Part shown: one piece after another, positions 35,092 to 48,959 of the stretch
Numbering within the stretch: position 1 is the stretch's first letter
How the letters are laid out: the number at the start of each line of letters is the position of its first letter
NCBI RefSeq assembly: GCF_009914755.1
Contig: NC_060925.1
Length of the DNA: 64,000 nucleotides
Reading direction: 5' to 3' (one strand)
Source of the DNA: the human T2T-CHM13v2.0 reference genome, Homo sapiens
Position numbers and translations under genes: made by a program
Notes under the pieces: model-generated
Told to the model about the DNA's origin: nothing
The model's input: only the letters and a program-made list of their open reading frames with translations
Databases searched by the model: none

Positions 35092-36247
35092 GTGGTGGCA
35101 TTTTGCTTTAGCAAAGAGACTGGTGTCATTTTGCCCCTGCCCTAGAGATCTGTGGAATTTTGAACTTGAGAGAGATGATTTAGGGTATCCGGCAAAGAAA
35201 TTTCTAAGCAGCAAAGCATTCAAGATGTGACCTGGATTATTCTGAATGTATTCAGTTTTAGGTGCTCACAAAGAGATGGTTTGAAATTGGAACTTATATT
35301 TAAAAGGGAAGCAGAGCATAAGGGTTTGGAAAATTTGCAGCCTAACCATGTGGTAGAAAAGAAAAACCCATTTTTTTCTGGGGAGAAATTCAAGCTGGCT
35401 TCAGAAATTTGTATAAGTAACAAGGAACTGAATGTTGATAGCCAAAACAATAAGGAAAATGTCTCCAGGGCATGTCAGAGATCTTTGCAGCAGTTCCTCC
35501 TATCACAGGCTGAGACGCCTAGGAGGGAAAAATGGTTTTATGGGCCAGGCCTAGGACCCAGCTGTTCTATGCAGCCTTGGGACTTGGGGCCCTGTGTTCC
35601 AGCGGCTCCAGCTACAGCTGTGGCTAAAAGGGGACAAGGTACAACTCATCCATTGCTTCAGAGGATGCAAACCCCAAGCCTTGTTGGCTACCATGTGGTG
35701 TTGGGTCTGTGGGTGTGCAGAAAATAAGAGTTGAGTTTTGGGAACCTCTGCCTAGATTTCAGAGGATGTATGGAAATGCCTGGATGTCAAGGCAGATGTC
35801 TGCTGCAGGGGTAGAGCCTCATGCAGAACCTATGTTAGGGCACTGTGGAAAGGAAATGCGGGGTTGGAGTCCTCTCACAGAGTCCCCACTGAGGTATTGC
35901 CTAGTGGAGCTGTGAGAAGAGGGCCACTGTCCTCCAGACCCCAGAAAGATAAATGGGAGGTGATTGGATCATGGGGAAGGTTTCCCCCATGCTGTTCTCA
36001 TGAGGGAGTTTTCATGAGAGCTGATGGTTTTCAAGTGTTGCACTTCCTGGCTCTTGGTCTTTCTCTCACCTGCCACCATGTAAGACGGTAAGACTTGCCT
36101 TGCTTCCTCTTCACCTTCTGTCATGATTGTAAGTTTCGTGAGGCTTCCCCAGTCATGCAGAACTGTGAGTCAATTAAACTTCCTTTGTTTATATATTACC
36201 CAGTCTCAGGTAGTATCTTTATAGCAGTGTGAGAATGGACTAATACA
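35092..36247 (+). mobile_element. MST/THE1 internal fragment plus partial 3' LTR
   Basis: MaLR-int motifs (ccctagagatctgtggaattttgaacttgagagagatg). LTR end caattaaac...aatggactaataca. Confidence 0.85.
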
Positions 36248-37946
36248 CCATTTTTACCACTTTTACTGCTTCCATCCTAGACGAAGCCACTCTCATTTAC
36301 CACCACAAAAGCCTCTTAATTGGGTTTCCTGCTATTTCCCTTAATCCTTTTACAATCCATTATCAATGTAGCACATAAAATGCTTCTTTTAACCTACAAG
36401 GTAGATCATGTCATGCCTTAGCTTAAAATTCTCTAATGGAATTGCATCTTACTTTAAAAGCTAATTTCCTCTTTAGGACCTACATGACACCATGTGATGC
36501 GGCCACTATTAATCTTGCTGATCTCATCTCTTATTATCCTCCTCCTTTGTTTCTCCACTCCACACTGGCTTCCTTGCTGCTTGTCTTTGAGGTGCACTCT
36601 CACCACTCCCCTGACGTGTACAAGTAAGTACTTTTATTACTGTCTGTATATCTTTTCTGTGTTTCTTTTACAAATACGAGCTTATATAATTCTTATTTTC
36701 TTCTCTTTCTCAAACAAAAATATATACCATATAGACTTCTCTGCACCTTGGTCTTAATTAGTCTGGTAGATCTTTTCATATCAGTGTACAAAGAACTTCT
36801 TTCTTTTACAGATGCCTGGTATTTCATTGAACAAGTAAATGTACCATAATTTATTTTATAAGTCCCCTGTTGGTGAACTCTTGAACTGTTTTCTAATATG
36901 TTTTAATACAAACATTGATGCAATAACTTTGTACAGATACGTTTTAATATGTGTGAAGGTATACCTGTAAGATAGTTATGGGAATTCTTTGGTCAAAGGG
37001 TAAATGTGTTTGTAATTTAGATAAATATTGCCAAATTGTTCTTCTCATCTGCAATGTGTGAGGCAATATATGTTTTTCCACATACATCAACAACAAAGTG
37101 TACAGTCACTCTTGAATTGTGTCTACCTAAATTATAATATATGAATTCACAATGTAAATTTATTTGTATTTCCATCATTATAAGTGATAATTAATACATT
37201 ATGCTTAGGTGGTTAGGGGCCATATTTTTTCTCAATGTCTATACCTTTTACCCATTTTAACTTTAGGATTATTTTTCAATTCCTCTCAATTTCTAGGAAC
37301 TCTTTTTATATCAAGGTAATAAACCCTTGTCTGTGATATGGTCTGAAACTATATTTTCCGGAATTTGTTATTTGTTTTTGTCTAACAGAATTGTTTTTGT
37401 CTTGCACAGTTATATTTATTAATTGTACATGGTGCTGTCTTATATTAATGCTGTCCAAAAGAAATGTAATGCAAGTCACAAATGTGAGCCACATGGGAAT
37501 TTAAAATATTTAAAACACCACCTTAAAAAAGTAAAAAGAAAAAGAAAAAGTAAAAAAGTAAAAAGAAAAAGAAAAAAAGTAAAAAAAGTCATTACAAGTT
37601 TTTCAGGAAAGAGTTATATGAACAATAAATGCTGAGTTTTGAAAATTCAAAACTATTTGTTTATAGCCTTTATGGCTGAAGGACAACATGGCTGGATATA
37701 CAATTTTGATGTACAGTTTGTTTCTTTTGAGAGTCTTATAGGTTTTGTTACTCTGTATTCCAGTGACAGATGAGAGATATAATGCCAAATGGATTTCTGT
37801 TTCTTATAAGTGACTTGACTTTTGTTTTCTTTGCCTGACTTCCAAAGGATTCTTTTTCTATATTCTTTTAAATCTTTAAAGTGTAATAATTTTATTGGGA
37901 TATCTTATTGTTGAATATTCTGGATCAGTTTTCCCTTTTATACAAT

Positions 37947-38535
37947 TGTGATGGTTAATACTGAGTGTCAACTTGATTGGATTGAAGGATACAAAGTATT
38001 GACCCTGGGTGTGTCTGTGAGGGTGCTGCCAAAGGAGATTAACATTTGAGTCAGTGGGTTGGGAAAGGCAGACCCACCCTTAATCTGGGTGGGCACAGTC
38101 TAATCAGCTGCCAGCATGGCTAGAATATAAGCAGGCAGGAAAATGTGAAAAGAGAGACTGGCCTAGCCACCCAGGCTACATCTTTCTCCTGTGCTGGATG
38201 CTTCCTGCCCTCAAACATAGGACTCCAAATTCTTCAGTTTTGGAACTCAGACTGGCTCTCCTTGCTCCTCAGGCTGCAGATGGCCTATTGTGGGACCTTG
38301 TGATCATGTGAGTTAATACTTAATAAAGTCCTGTATATCTGTGTCTATGTCTATGTCTATGCCTATGTCCATGTCTATGTCTATGTGTATATCTATGTCT
38401 ATCTTTATCTCTATCTCCATCTATCTATCTCTATCTCTATCTATCTCTATCTCTATCTCTATCTCTATCTCTATCTCTATCTCTATCTCATCTATTCCAT
38501 TAGTTCTGTCCCTCTAGAGAACCCTGACTAATACA
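37947..38535 (+). mobile_element. MLT2A (HERV-L 5' LTR) with internal (TCTA/TCTATC)n tract
   Basis: tgtgatggttaatactgagtgtcaacttgattggattg...gaaccctgactaataca. Confidence 0.9.
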
Positions 38536-39071
38536 GATTTTGGTACCAGGAGTGGAGTTCTAGAGGAACAGAATATTAAGGATGGAGTTCTTTAATTGGT
38601 TTTGGGGTTTCTGGAGTTGGCTGCTTAATATGATTAGACCCCAAAATGCTAAGGACTCTACTAAAAGTATGGAGAACACTGATAGTCCTTGGCATGAACT
38701 GTTTAGAGAGTTATGCAAAATAAATGCATTTGACACTCCTGATTCATCGTTTGTGAGAGGCAAGGAGTTTAGTGACTCTAGACATTATACCTTTGACCAT
38801 ATTTGGAGAACCAAGGAACATAATGAAGCTGGTTGGGTATTCCTAAGTTCAGTGGACAAAGTGATGAAGGAACATGATGAACTCAGGGATTCTATCTCCT
38901 AGCTTCAGAAGCAGATATTGAGGCTCAAACCTGCTAAGATTGCCCTGGGTGAGAGTCTTATCTCCTGTAGAGAAAGAGCTGAAACTGTGGAAAAACAGAC
39001 ACAAGCTCTTATCTTGTGAGCAAATGATCTGCAATGAAAGGAGCATGCACAGCCTTGCCAGGTGTCTATTG
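38536..39071 (+). mobile_element. HERV-L internal 5' fragment (PBS plus gag start)
   Basis: PBS tggtaccaggagtgg (38541-38555, tRNA-Leu-type). ORF 38582-38902 (FWSWLLNMIRPQNAKDS..DSPWHELFRELCKI) resembles ERV-L gag. Confidence 0.88.
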
Positions 39072-39723
39072 TTAAAAGTCAGGAAACAACAGATGCTGGA
39101 GAGGATGTGGAGAAATGGAAATGTTTTTACAATGTTGGTGGGAGTGTAAATTCGTTCGACCATTGTGGAAGACAGTGCAACGATTCCTCAAGGATCTAGA
39201 ACCAGAAATACCATTTGACCCAGCAATCCCATTACTGGGTTTATACCCAAAGGATTATAAATCATTCTTTTATAAAGACACATGTACACATATGTTTATT
39301 GCTGCAGTATTCACAACAGCACAGACTTAGATGCCCATCAATGATAGATTGGATAAAGAAAATGTGGCACATATACACCATGGAATACTATGCAGCCATA
39401 AAAAGGGTGAGTTCATGTTGTTTGCAGGGACATGGATGAAGCTGGAAACCATCATTCTCAGCAAACTAACACAGGAACAGAAAACCAAAGACCGTATGTT
39501 TGCACTCGTAAGTGGGAGCTGAACAATGAGAACACATGGGCACAGGGAGGGGAACATCACACACCAGGGCCTATCAGGGGGTGGGGGGCTAGGGGAGGGA
39601 TAGCATTAGGAGAAGTACCTAATGTAGATGACTGGTTGATGGGTGCAGCAAAAAACCATGGCACATGTATACCTATGTAGCACACCTGCACATTCTGCAC
39701 ATGCATCCCAGAACTTAAAGTAT
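39072..39723 (+). mobile_element. L1PA 3' end (5'-truncated)
   Basis: ORF2 C-terminus (EIPFDPAIPLLG..KDTCT) and 3'UTR with G-rich tract, ending cttaaagtat. Confidence 0.92.
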
Positions 39724-41660
39724 CTATATCTATATTTATATCTATATCTATAGTTTTCTACTTTATATGTATCACCATAGCAGCTGGTGCAGAGCTCAGG
39801 TGTTTAGAATATTCATTATTTGCTAGATGACCATTATTTCTATTATCTCTACACCACTCTTTTCAAGATGGTTTTAAAAAACAAAGAAAGGTCTTTGTTT
39901 GTCTAATAGCTTTATTGAGGTGTAATTGAAATACAATAAACTGTGCACATTTAAAGTATACAAGCAGGTGCATCTTGACATATTTATACACCATTGAACC
40001 TATTACTACATCAAGATAGTGAATATTTCCATCACCTGTAAAAGATTCCCTATGCCCTTTACCTTCCTGCTTATCCCTAGGAAACCACTAATCTCCCTTT
40101 TTTCCCACTATATGTTAGATTTTTTTTTTAATTTTTAGAATTTTATATAAATGGAATTATATAGTACTCTTAAAAATAATCTTTTGGTGATGAGACACAT
40201 TTGAAAACTGCTAAAGAATTAACTGTTAATTTGTCTGTCTTTGTAAATAGTTTTCTTTATAAAGTAACAGAAGCATTGTAAAAGGGTAAATAAATGACCA
40301 TCATAATGACTTAAAAAAATAATCTGGCTTCCTACACTCAGCATAATTATTCTGAAATTAATCTATGTTGTTGCACATATCAATAGTTTGTACTTTTTCA
40401 TTTTTTTCTCTGTCTTTTTTATATTATCCATTCTATTGTATGGATATACCACAGTTTGTTTCACCATTTAGCTGTTGATAAACATTTGTGTTGTTTTCAG
40501 TTTGAGGCTTTACAAATAAAGATGCTATAGATATTTAAAAAAATGAAAAAAGATAATTGCTCAAAATCATACAATTACATGGAAATTAAATAACCAGCTT
40601 TTGAATGACTTTTGGGTAAATAATGAAATTACGGCAGAAATAAAAAAATTTTTGAAACTAATGAGAACAAAGATAACATACCAGAACCTGTGGAACACAG
40701 CTAAGGCAGTGATAAGAGGGAAACTTATAGCACTAACATCCACATTGAATAGTCAGAAAGATATCAACTTAACAACCTAACATCAAAACTAAAAGAACTA
40801 GAGAACCAAGTGCAAATGAACCCCAATGCTAGCAGAAGACAAGGAATAACCAAAATCAGAGCTGAATGGAAGGAAATTTAGACAAGAAAAGCCAATCAAA
40901 AGATCAGCAAATATAGGAGCTGTTTTTTTTGAAAAAATTAATAAAATAGATTGACAGCTAGCTAGACTAATAAAGAAGAAAATAGAGAAGATCTAAATAA
41001 ACACAATTATAAGTGACAAAGAGGATATTACCAGTGACTCTACAGAAATACAAATAACCATCGGAGAACATTAAGAACACTTCTATGCACACAAACTAGA
41101 AGTTCTAGAAGAAATAGATACATTTCTGGACACATACCCTCCCCAGACTGAACCAAGAAGAAATTGAATCCCTGAACAGACTAGTAATGAGCTCCAAAAT
41201 TGAATCAGTAACAAATAGCCTACTAACCAAAAATGGACCAGGATCAAATGGATTCACACATAAATTCTACTACACGTACTAAGAAGAGCTAGCACTATTC
41301 CTGCTAAAACTATTCCAAAAAGTTGAGGAGGAGGGACTCCTCCCCAATTCATTCTATAAGGCCAGTATCATCCTGGTAACAAAAGCTGGCAGAGACACAA
41401 CAACAACAACAACAAAAACTTTAGGCCAATATTCTTGATGAACATTGATGCAAAAATCCTCAACAAAATACTGGAAAGCCAAATCCAGCACATTAAAAAG
41501 CTTATCCATCACAGTCAAGTAGGCTTTATCCCTGGGATGCAAGGTTGGTTCAACACACACAAATCAATAAATGTGATTGATCACAGAAACAGAACTAAAG
41601 ACAAAAACCACATATTATCTCAAATAGATGCAGAAAAGGCCTTTGATAAAAATTAAACCC

Positions 41661-42200
41661 CCCAGTCCCATTACTGGTTATATACCAAGATGAATATAAA
41701 TCATTGTACCATAAAGACACATGCACACAAATGTTCACTGCAGTACCATTCACAATAGCAAAGACATGGAATCAACCTATATGCCCATCAATGACAGATT
41801 GGGTAAAGAAAACGTGGTAATGTGGTACATACACACTGTGGAATACTATGCACCCATTAAAAATGAGATAATGTCTTTTGCAGGAACGTGGATGGAGCTG
41901 GAGGCTGTTATCCTTACCGAACTAATGCAGGAACAGAAAACCAAATACTGCATGTTCTCACTTATAAGTAGGAGCAAAATTATAAGAACTTATGAACACA
42001 AAAAAAAGAAAAAAAACCAGACATTGCGGGCTACTTCAGGGGGGAAGATGGAAAGAGGGAGAGGAACAGAAAAGATAACTATTATATACTGGGTTTAATA
42101 CCTGCGTGATAAAATAATCTGTACAACAAACCCCGATGACATGTGTTTACCTATGTAACAAACCTTCATACGTACCCCTAAACTTAAACTAAAAGCTAAA
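41661..42200 (+). mobile_element. Short 5'-truncated L1 3' end nested in L1 ORF2
   Basis: Interrupts the host at ...gataaaaattaaacccc / aatattcaacacccc (degenerate TSD). Confidence 0.75.
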
Positions 42201-42530
42201 AAATATTCAACACCCCTTCATGTTAAAAAATCTCAATAAACCAGGTATTGAAGGAACATACCTCAAAGTAATAAGAGCCATCTATGATAAACCCACAGCC
42301 AACATCATACTGAATGGGCAAAAGCTGGAAGCATTTCCCTTGAAAAATGGCACAAGGAAAAGATGCCCTTTCTCACCACTCCTACTCAACATAGTTATTA
42401 AAAGTCCTGGCCAGAGCAATCAGGCAAGAGAAAGAGATAAAGGGCAAATAGGAAGAGAGGAAGTCAAACTATCTGTGTTTGCATAAGACATGGAATCAAC
42501 CTAAATGCCCATCAATGACAGATTGAATAA

Positions 42531-42848
<318 letters not shown>

Positions 42849-45800
42849 GAAAATGTGGTACATATACACCATGAAATACTATGCAGTCAAAAAATTTATT
42901 GATTTTTGTGTATCTAGAAAACTCCGTAGTCTCAGCCCAAAAGCTCGTTCAAATGACTTCAGCAAAGTTTCAGGATATAAAATCAATGTACAAAAATCAC
43001 TTGCATTCCTATACACCAAGAACAGTCAAGCCAAGAGGCAAATCAGGAATGCAAACCCATTCACAATTGCCACACAAAGAATTAAATATCTAGGAATACA
43101 GCTAACCAGGGAGGTGAACGATCTCTACAATGAGAATCACAAAACACTGTTCAAATAGATCAAAGAAGATACAAACAAATGGGAAAACATCCCATGCTCA
43201 TGGATAGGAGGAATCAATATCATTAAAATGGCCATATTGCCCAAAGCAATTTATAGATTCAATGCTCTCCCTATCAAACTACCAATGATACTCTTCACAG
43301 AACTAGGAAGAACTACTTTAAAATTCATATGGAACCAAAAAAGAGCATGAATAGCTAAGGCAATCCTCAGTAAAAAGAACAAGGCTGGGGGCATCATGGT
43401 ATCTGACTTCAAATGAGACCACAGGGCTACAATAACCAAAGCAGCATGGTACTGGTGCAAAAACAGACACATAGACCAATGGAACAGAATAAAGAGCCCA
43501 GAAATAAGGCTGCATATCTACAATCACCTTATCTTGAACAAAGCTGACAAAAACAAGCAATGGGGAAAGGACTCCCTATTCAATAAAAGATGCTGGGATA
43601 ACTGGCTAGCCATACACAGAAGATTAAAACTGGACCCCTTCCTCACCCCATGTACAAAAATCAACTCAAGATGGAATAAATACTTAAATGCGAAACCCAA
43701 AACTATAAAAATCCTGGAAGACAACCTAGGCAATACCATTCGGGACGTAGGAATGGGCAAAGATTTCATGACAAAGACACCAGAAGCAATTGCAACAAAA
43801 GCAAAAATTGACAAATGGGATCTAATTAAACTAAAGAGCTTCTTCACAGCAAAAGAAACTATTAACAGTATTAACAGTGTGAACAGACAACCTACAGAAT
43901 GGGAGAAAATATTTGCAAACTATGCATCTGACAAAGGTCTAATATCCATCATCTGTAAGGACCTTAAATTTACAAGAGAAAAACAAACAATCCCATTAAA
44001 AAGTGGGCAAAGATATGAAAAGACACTTCTCAAAAGAAGACATAAATGCAGCCTACAAACATATTTTTAAAAAGCTCAGAATCATTGATTATTAGAGAAA
44101 TGCAAATCAAAACCACAATGAGATACCATCTCACACCAGGCAGAATGGCTATTATCAAAAAGTCAAAAAATAACAGATGCTGATGGGGTTGTGGAGTAAA
44201 AGAAATGCTTATACACTGTGGTGAAAATATGAATTAGTTCAACCATCTGGAAAGCAATGTGGCGATTCCTCAAAGAGTTGAAAACAGAACTACCATTTGA
44301 CCCAGAAATCTTATTACTGGGTATATACCCAAAGGAATATAAATTGTTCCATTATAAAGACACATGCCCATGTATGTTCATTGCAGTACTGTTTGCAATA
44401 TCAAAGACATGGAGTCAACCTAAATGCCCGTCAATGATAGACTGGATAAAGAAAATGTACATATATGCCACGGAATACTATGCAGCCTGAATAGCCAAGG
44501 CAATCTGTAGTTAAAAAAAAAAACAACAAAGCTGAAGGCATCATGATACCTGACTTCAGCTACCATGCCATAAAAAAGAATGAGATCATGTCTTTTGTGG
44601 AAGATGGGTGGAGCTAGAGGCCATTATCCTTAGCAAACTAATGGATGAACAGAAAATTAAATACTACATGTTATCTCTTATAAGTGGGATCTAAATGATA
44701 AGAACACAGACACAAAGAGGGAAAGAACAGACACTGGGGTCTACCTGAGAGTGAAGGGTGGGAAGAGGGAGAGAATCAGGAAAAATAACTAATGAGTACT
44801 AGGCTTAATACCTGGGTGACGAAATAATCCATACAACAAAACTCTGTGACACAAGTTTAACTATATAACAAACATGCACAAGGACCCTAACTTAAAATAA
44901 AAGGTTAAAAAAAAAAAAGGAATGAGAAAAAAGGGGAAAAAAACTGTAAAGTTAAAAAAAATTTATTTACTTTTTGCTTTATTTTTTGAGTTTTCTCTTC
45001 TTTGGGAACCCCAATTATGAGCAGGTTGAATCTTTTTGTTTGTCTTTTATAGTTTTTTTAATATCTCTTATCTCCTTATTTCTGCATTATTCTGTATGCT
45101 TTTCCTATTTCTATCATCTGTGGCCCTTAATGTGGTGTTTATTCTCCATTGTGCTCCTTGTATTTTAGCTTGTATTTCTGTAATTATCTTTTGTTTTTTC
45201 CTTCCATTTCCTTCTTGAGTCCTGCCAATTTCTGTAATATACTCTTGTCATATTTGGTCCTTTTATCCTTGAGTTTTTGTATTTCTTCTTTGTGGTCTAC
45301 CCTTAGACTTGTGATTGCTTCATTAAGTTTTTAAAACTTATGTTGGAATGCCAGATTATAATTTTCAATTTGTTTTATGGTAACATTTTTCTGGTAAGTT
45401 CTAATTTTCTGTAGGAAAGTTGTACTGGTATTTTCTACTTGGTTTTCTTGGTGTATGGTGATCACAATTCTTTTCTTTTTTCTCCTATTGGAACAAATTC
45501 AGTTTTCTTGCACCGTTTTAGGAGATTCCTGTGGATGGGGGTAGAGGGTGGGGTACCTTTCCAGGCTTCACTGCTCAGGGACTCCCTCTTTTGTTTCTTT
45601 ATCAGGCCCGGAATGCCTCCTTTTCCTCTCAGATTTTAACCTAGTTGGAGAGTGGTTCTATATTTAGTCCTGGGCTTCTCCAATTTTTTATAAACCACTG
45701 TTACCTAGGGGCAACCTTTGTCTACCCAGGTGATGCACTCACTTTTAGAAGGTGTATTTTGTTGATGTTTTTGAAACTGCCCTTTTCTGGGCTCCCACTG

Positions 45801-48800
45801 CCTCCAAAATTAAATCCTCGAATTACCCCTGATCATGCTCCACTGCCATGTATAGCAATAGAAAAGAGAAATTTTCAGTGACTTGAATTGTGTTTAGTAC
45901 ACTCTCACTTGTTTATTTATATGTCCCCTTGAAATGTCATTGCATAATTCCTTGAGGTCAGAAATCATGCCCCCTTGAGGAATATGGTAGCAGCTTACTG
46001 ATAAGTCTTCTCACTTCTCTTGTTAGAAAACACACAAAGCAATAAGAACAGAGGCAAAAAAAAAACCCTACACGCTATTTTTCAGTGAAATTAAGAGACA
46101 GAGAAAAGCTGCAAACTTCAAATTGCCTGTAAGCAGTGGGTGAGAAATTGTTGTGGGGAAGGACAAGGAATGTGGAAAGGGTGTAGCAATAGCAGAGCTA
46201 AGAAGAACTTTCCAGCAAATTAGTTGGTGGAGCACAGGGGGTTTTGAGGACAGTGAAACTATTCTGTATAATACAGTAATGATGGACACGTCTTTATATA
46301 TTTGTCAAAACCCATAGCATGTACCAAAAAAAGGGGCGAACCCTAATGTAACTATAGACTTTAGTTAATAATAATGTATCAATATTGGTTTATCCATTGT
46401 ACCAAATTTACCTTTTTATCTTACTAGTGCAAGATGTTAATAACAGGGGAAAGTATGTGTGAGGCTAGGATGCAGGGGTATGTGAAAGCTCTGTGCACTT
46501 GGATCACTTTCTCTGTAAACTCAAACTGCCAGAATAATTAAGTATTGATTTTAAACCTTATATTGTCAGTTCTGTCGTCTTAGGAGTTTGAGGTAGGAAA
46601 TACATATTAGTGGGAAGATAGATCTCTATACTATTTCCTTCTACTTATAGAAACTGAAGGAAAGATTAATATCTCACAGGCTCTGCTAGTTCCTTTGAGA
46701 TGCCACATGAATGGCTGTCTGCTCAGCATAGCACATCGGTGTGTCTCTGGATATGCCAAAGAAGGCTCAGTGCCATTTAGGGAGTAGAGGGAGAAACTTC
46801 TGCAAATATTAAGTGAGGAGACTCCTCAAATTAGTTTGAAAGTACAACAGAAGCATGGACTTGAAGCCAGAAGTAACCATGAAAACATAAGCCCTGGAAT
46901 TGTGTAGAAATTTTAGGCAGAGCACTGAACTTCTATTGAATGAGGGGTCGGGCTCAGCATAGTTTAAATCAATCCCAGAGGGCAGGATGATTTCACCTTA
47001 CATCTGCATTACAGATTTCGAAGATATTTGGTTTCCAAATTAAATTCTTCCCTCTCTTCAGTCAATGTCTTATCTTCATGTGTCTGTGGGTCAGTGGGAA
47101 GCAGCTTTGTTCAGCTACATTGTAAGTAAATAACCATTGAGAGAACTTACACATGACCCAAAGCAGTAGTATGAACAGTGGGAAGAAAGCAATTAATGAA
47201 TTGACTCTTTGCCAGGCAGTATACAGTATAGTGCATCTATGCCATCTGTCTGTCTGTCTGTCTATCTATCTATCCATCCATCCATCTATCTATATCTACA
47301 TATATGTATTTCATATCATTTATTCCTCACAAACAATCCATTTCAAAGGTTAAGAGACTGATACTCAGAGAGGTCATTATGAAGCTAGTTAAGTTCCAAT
47401 TCAGGTTCAATTAACACCACACTGTGTAATTTTAACCTTGAATACAATGAAAGATTTGTCAAGTTGCTTTCACCTCTGGCTTCATTTTGTGATTTAAGAA
47501 CATGTTTGTCCACTTGCACGGACAAGACTATCTTCTCAGTGCAACCACTAAAGGTTTCGTGGCAGTTCTGATAGGCCTAAGCTGGGAAATAAAAATAATT
47601 CTGAGATTTGAACTGCCGATGAACTTCACGTATTTTTAGCAGGCCTTCCTAGGTATTTAGCAGAGCCTATTACTGCTTTTGATTAAGATTGAAATTTCAA
47701 TTGCATTTTGAATCTTCAAAAAGGATTTCCATAATTTTTTCCTATCCTTCTCTTGCTCCCAGCATCACCCATCCCCAGCTCCCTGACTTCTGCACAATAA
47801 TTCTTTGAGGTAGAGGCCATGAGCTTCTTGACCAGGGTCATACACCCATTAGAGGCTGTGGCATCAGTAGCCTCAGATTTGTTTTGGATGTAGCAGTGTA
47901 AGTATAGGCTCTGGTTGAAAGGAGGTTGTAAATAAAAGTGATAGCCTGTAATTTCCTTATATCTTTTGTTTTGCAATTTGCAAGTAGATTATTGAGCTGG
48001 CAGTAGAGGTCTCCAGATCTATCCCTTTGAGAAAGAATCACAGTTTATTTCCTTTTTTTTAAACTTCCAGTGTAGCTGTACCCTTCTTAATGATTACATG
48101 AAGTTTTTCAACTGTGCTGTTTACGGCAAATCCTATCTGGCGTATTACCTTAGCAATAATAATAATGTGACTTAATTAGTATTTACACTTAAAAAAGAGA
48201 TAATTTGTGCATTTCATTGGCATATAAAAATAGGCATTAGCTTGTAGTGTTGAAGGATGCAGAAGTTTAATCAAATTCTCTGTATAGACGAAGAGCCCTA
48301 TTCTGAAAACTATAAAATGGCTATACACACGCGTGCACAGATGCACACACACACACATCAGTCCTAGGTTAAAACAAATTAAGCAATTTTCTATATCAGA
48401 TCTTGCTAGATGTGAGAACACTCTCTTCTAATATGGAAATGCTGAATTTTTTAATTGTTGCCTGTGGACATGTGATATTTCATTCACATGAACACAATTT
48501 TGGTAAGCTTTACCATGTAAGTGAAAGTGAATTTTTCAATTGTTTTTAAAGGAGAGATATTGTGTTTTAGGATTTTCACCTGCATGATCCACAAAATGGA
48601 CATTATCAAGTGTCTATTTAGAATAAATAAACAAACAATTATTTATCTAGATAAAGCATAAATGCTTTTTCACAGAGCTGGATCTCCCTTACAAATACGC
48701 CTCCTCAGCCATTGTTTGGGCCAATCGTAAACCACAGGAATGCAGGGATTTCAGTTTGTCATTTCCCTGACACATCACTCGCCCCCAGAGATGCTGGTTT

Positions 48801-48959
48801 ACCACACCTGTTGGAACTTTGTAACTAAATTATAAGAGGAGCTTTATAGGCATGTTAAATCAAGTGAAAGAAAATTGTCCATAGTTAGTAACTAATGGTC
48901 AACAATAAAAATATGGCCATTAGAAAAAAATGTTCAGAAGGAAGCAAACATGAGAAGAG

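Noticed and set aside
35227-35727. 166-aa ORF
   Set aside because: A MaLR internal-region remnant with a non-ATG start.
43534-44070. 178-aa ORF
   Set aside because: A fragment of degenerate L1 ORF2. The element is 5'-truncated and has many stops.
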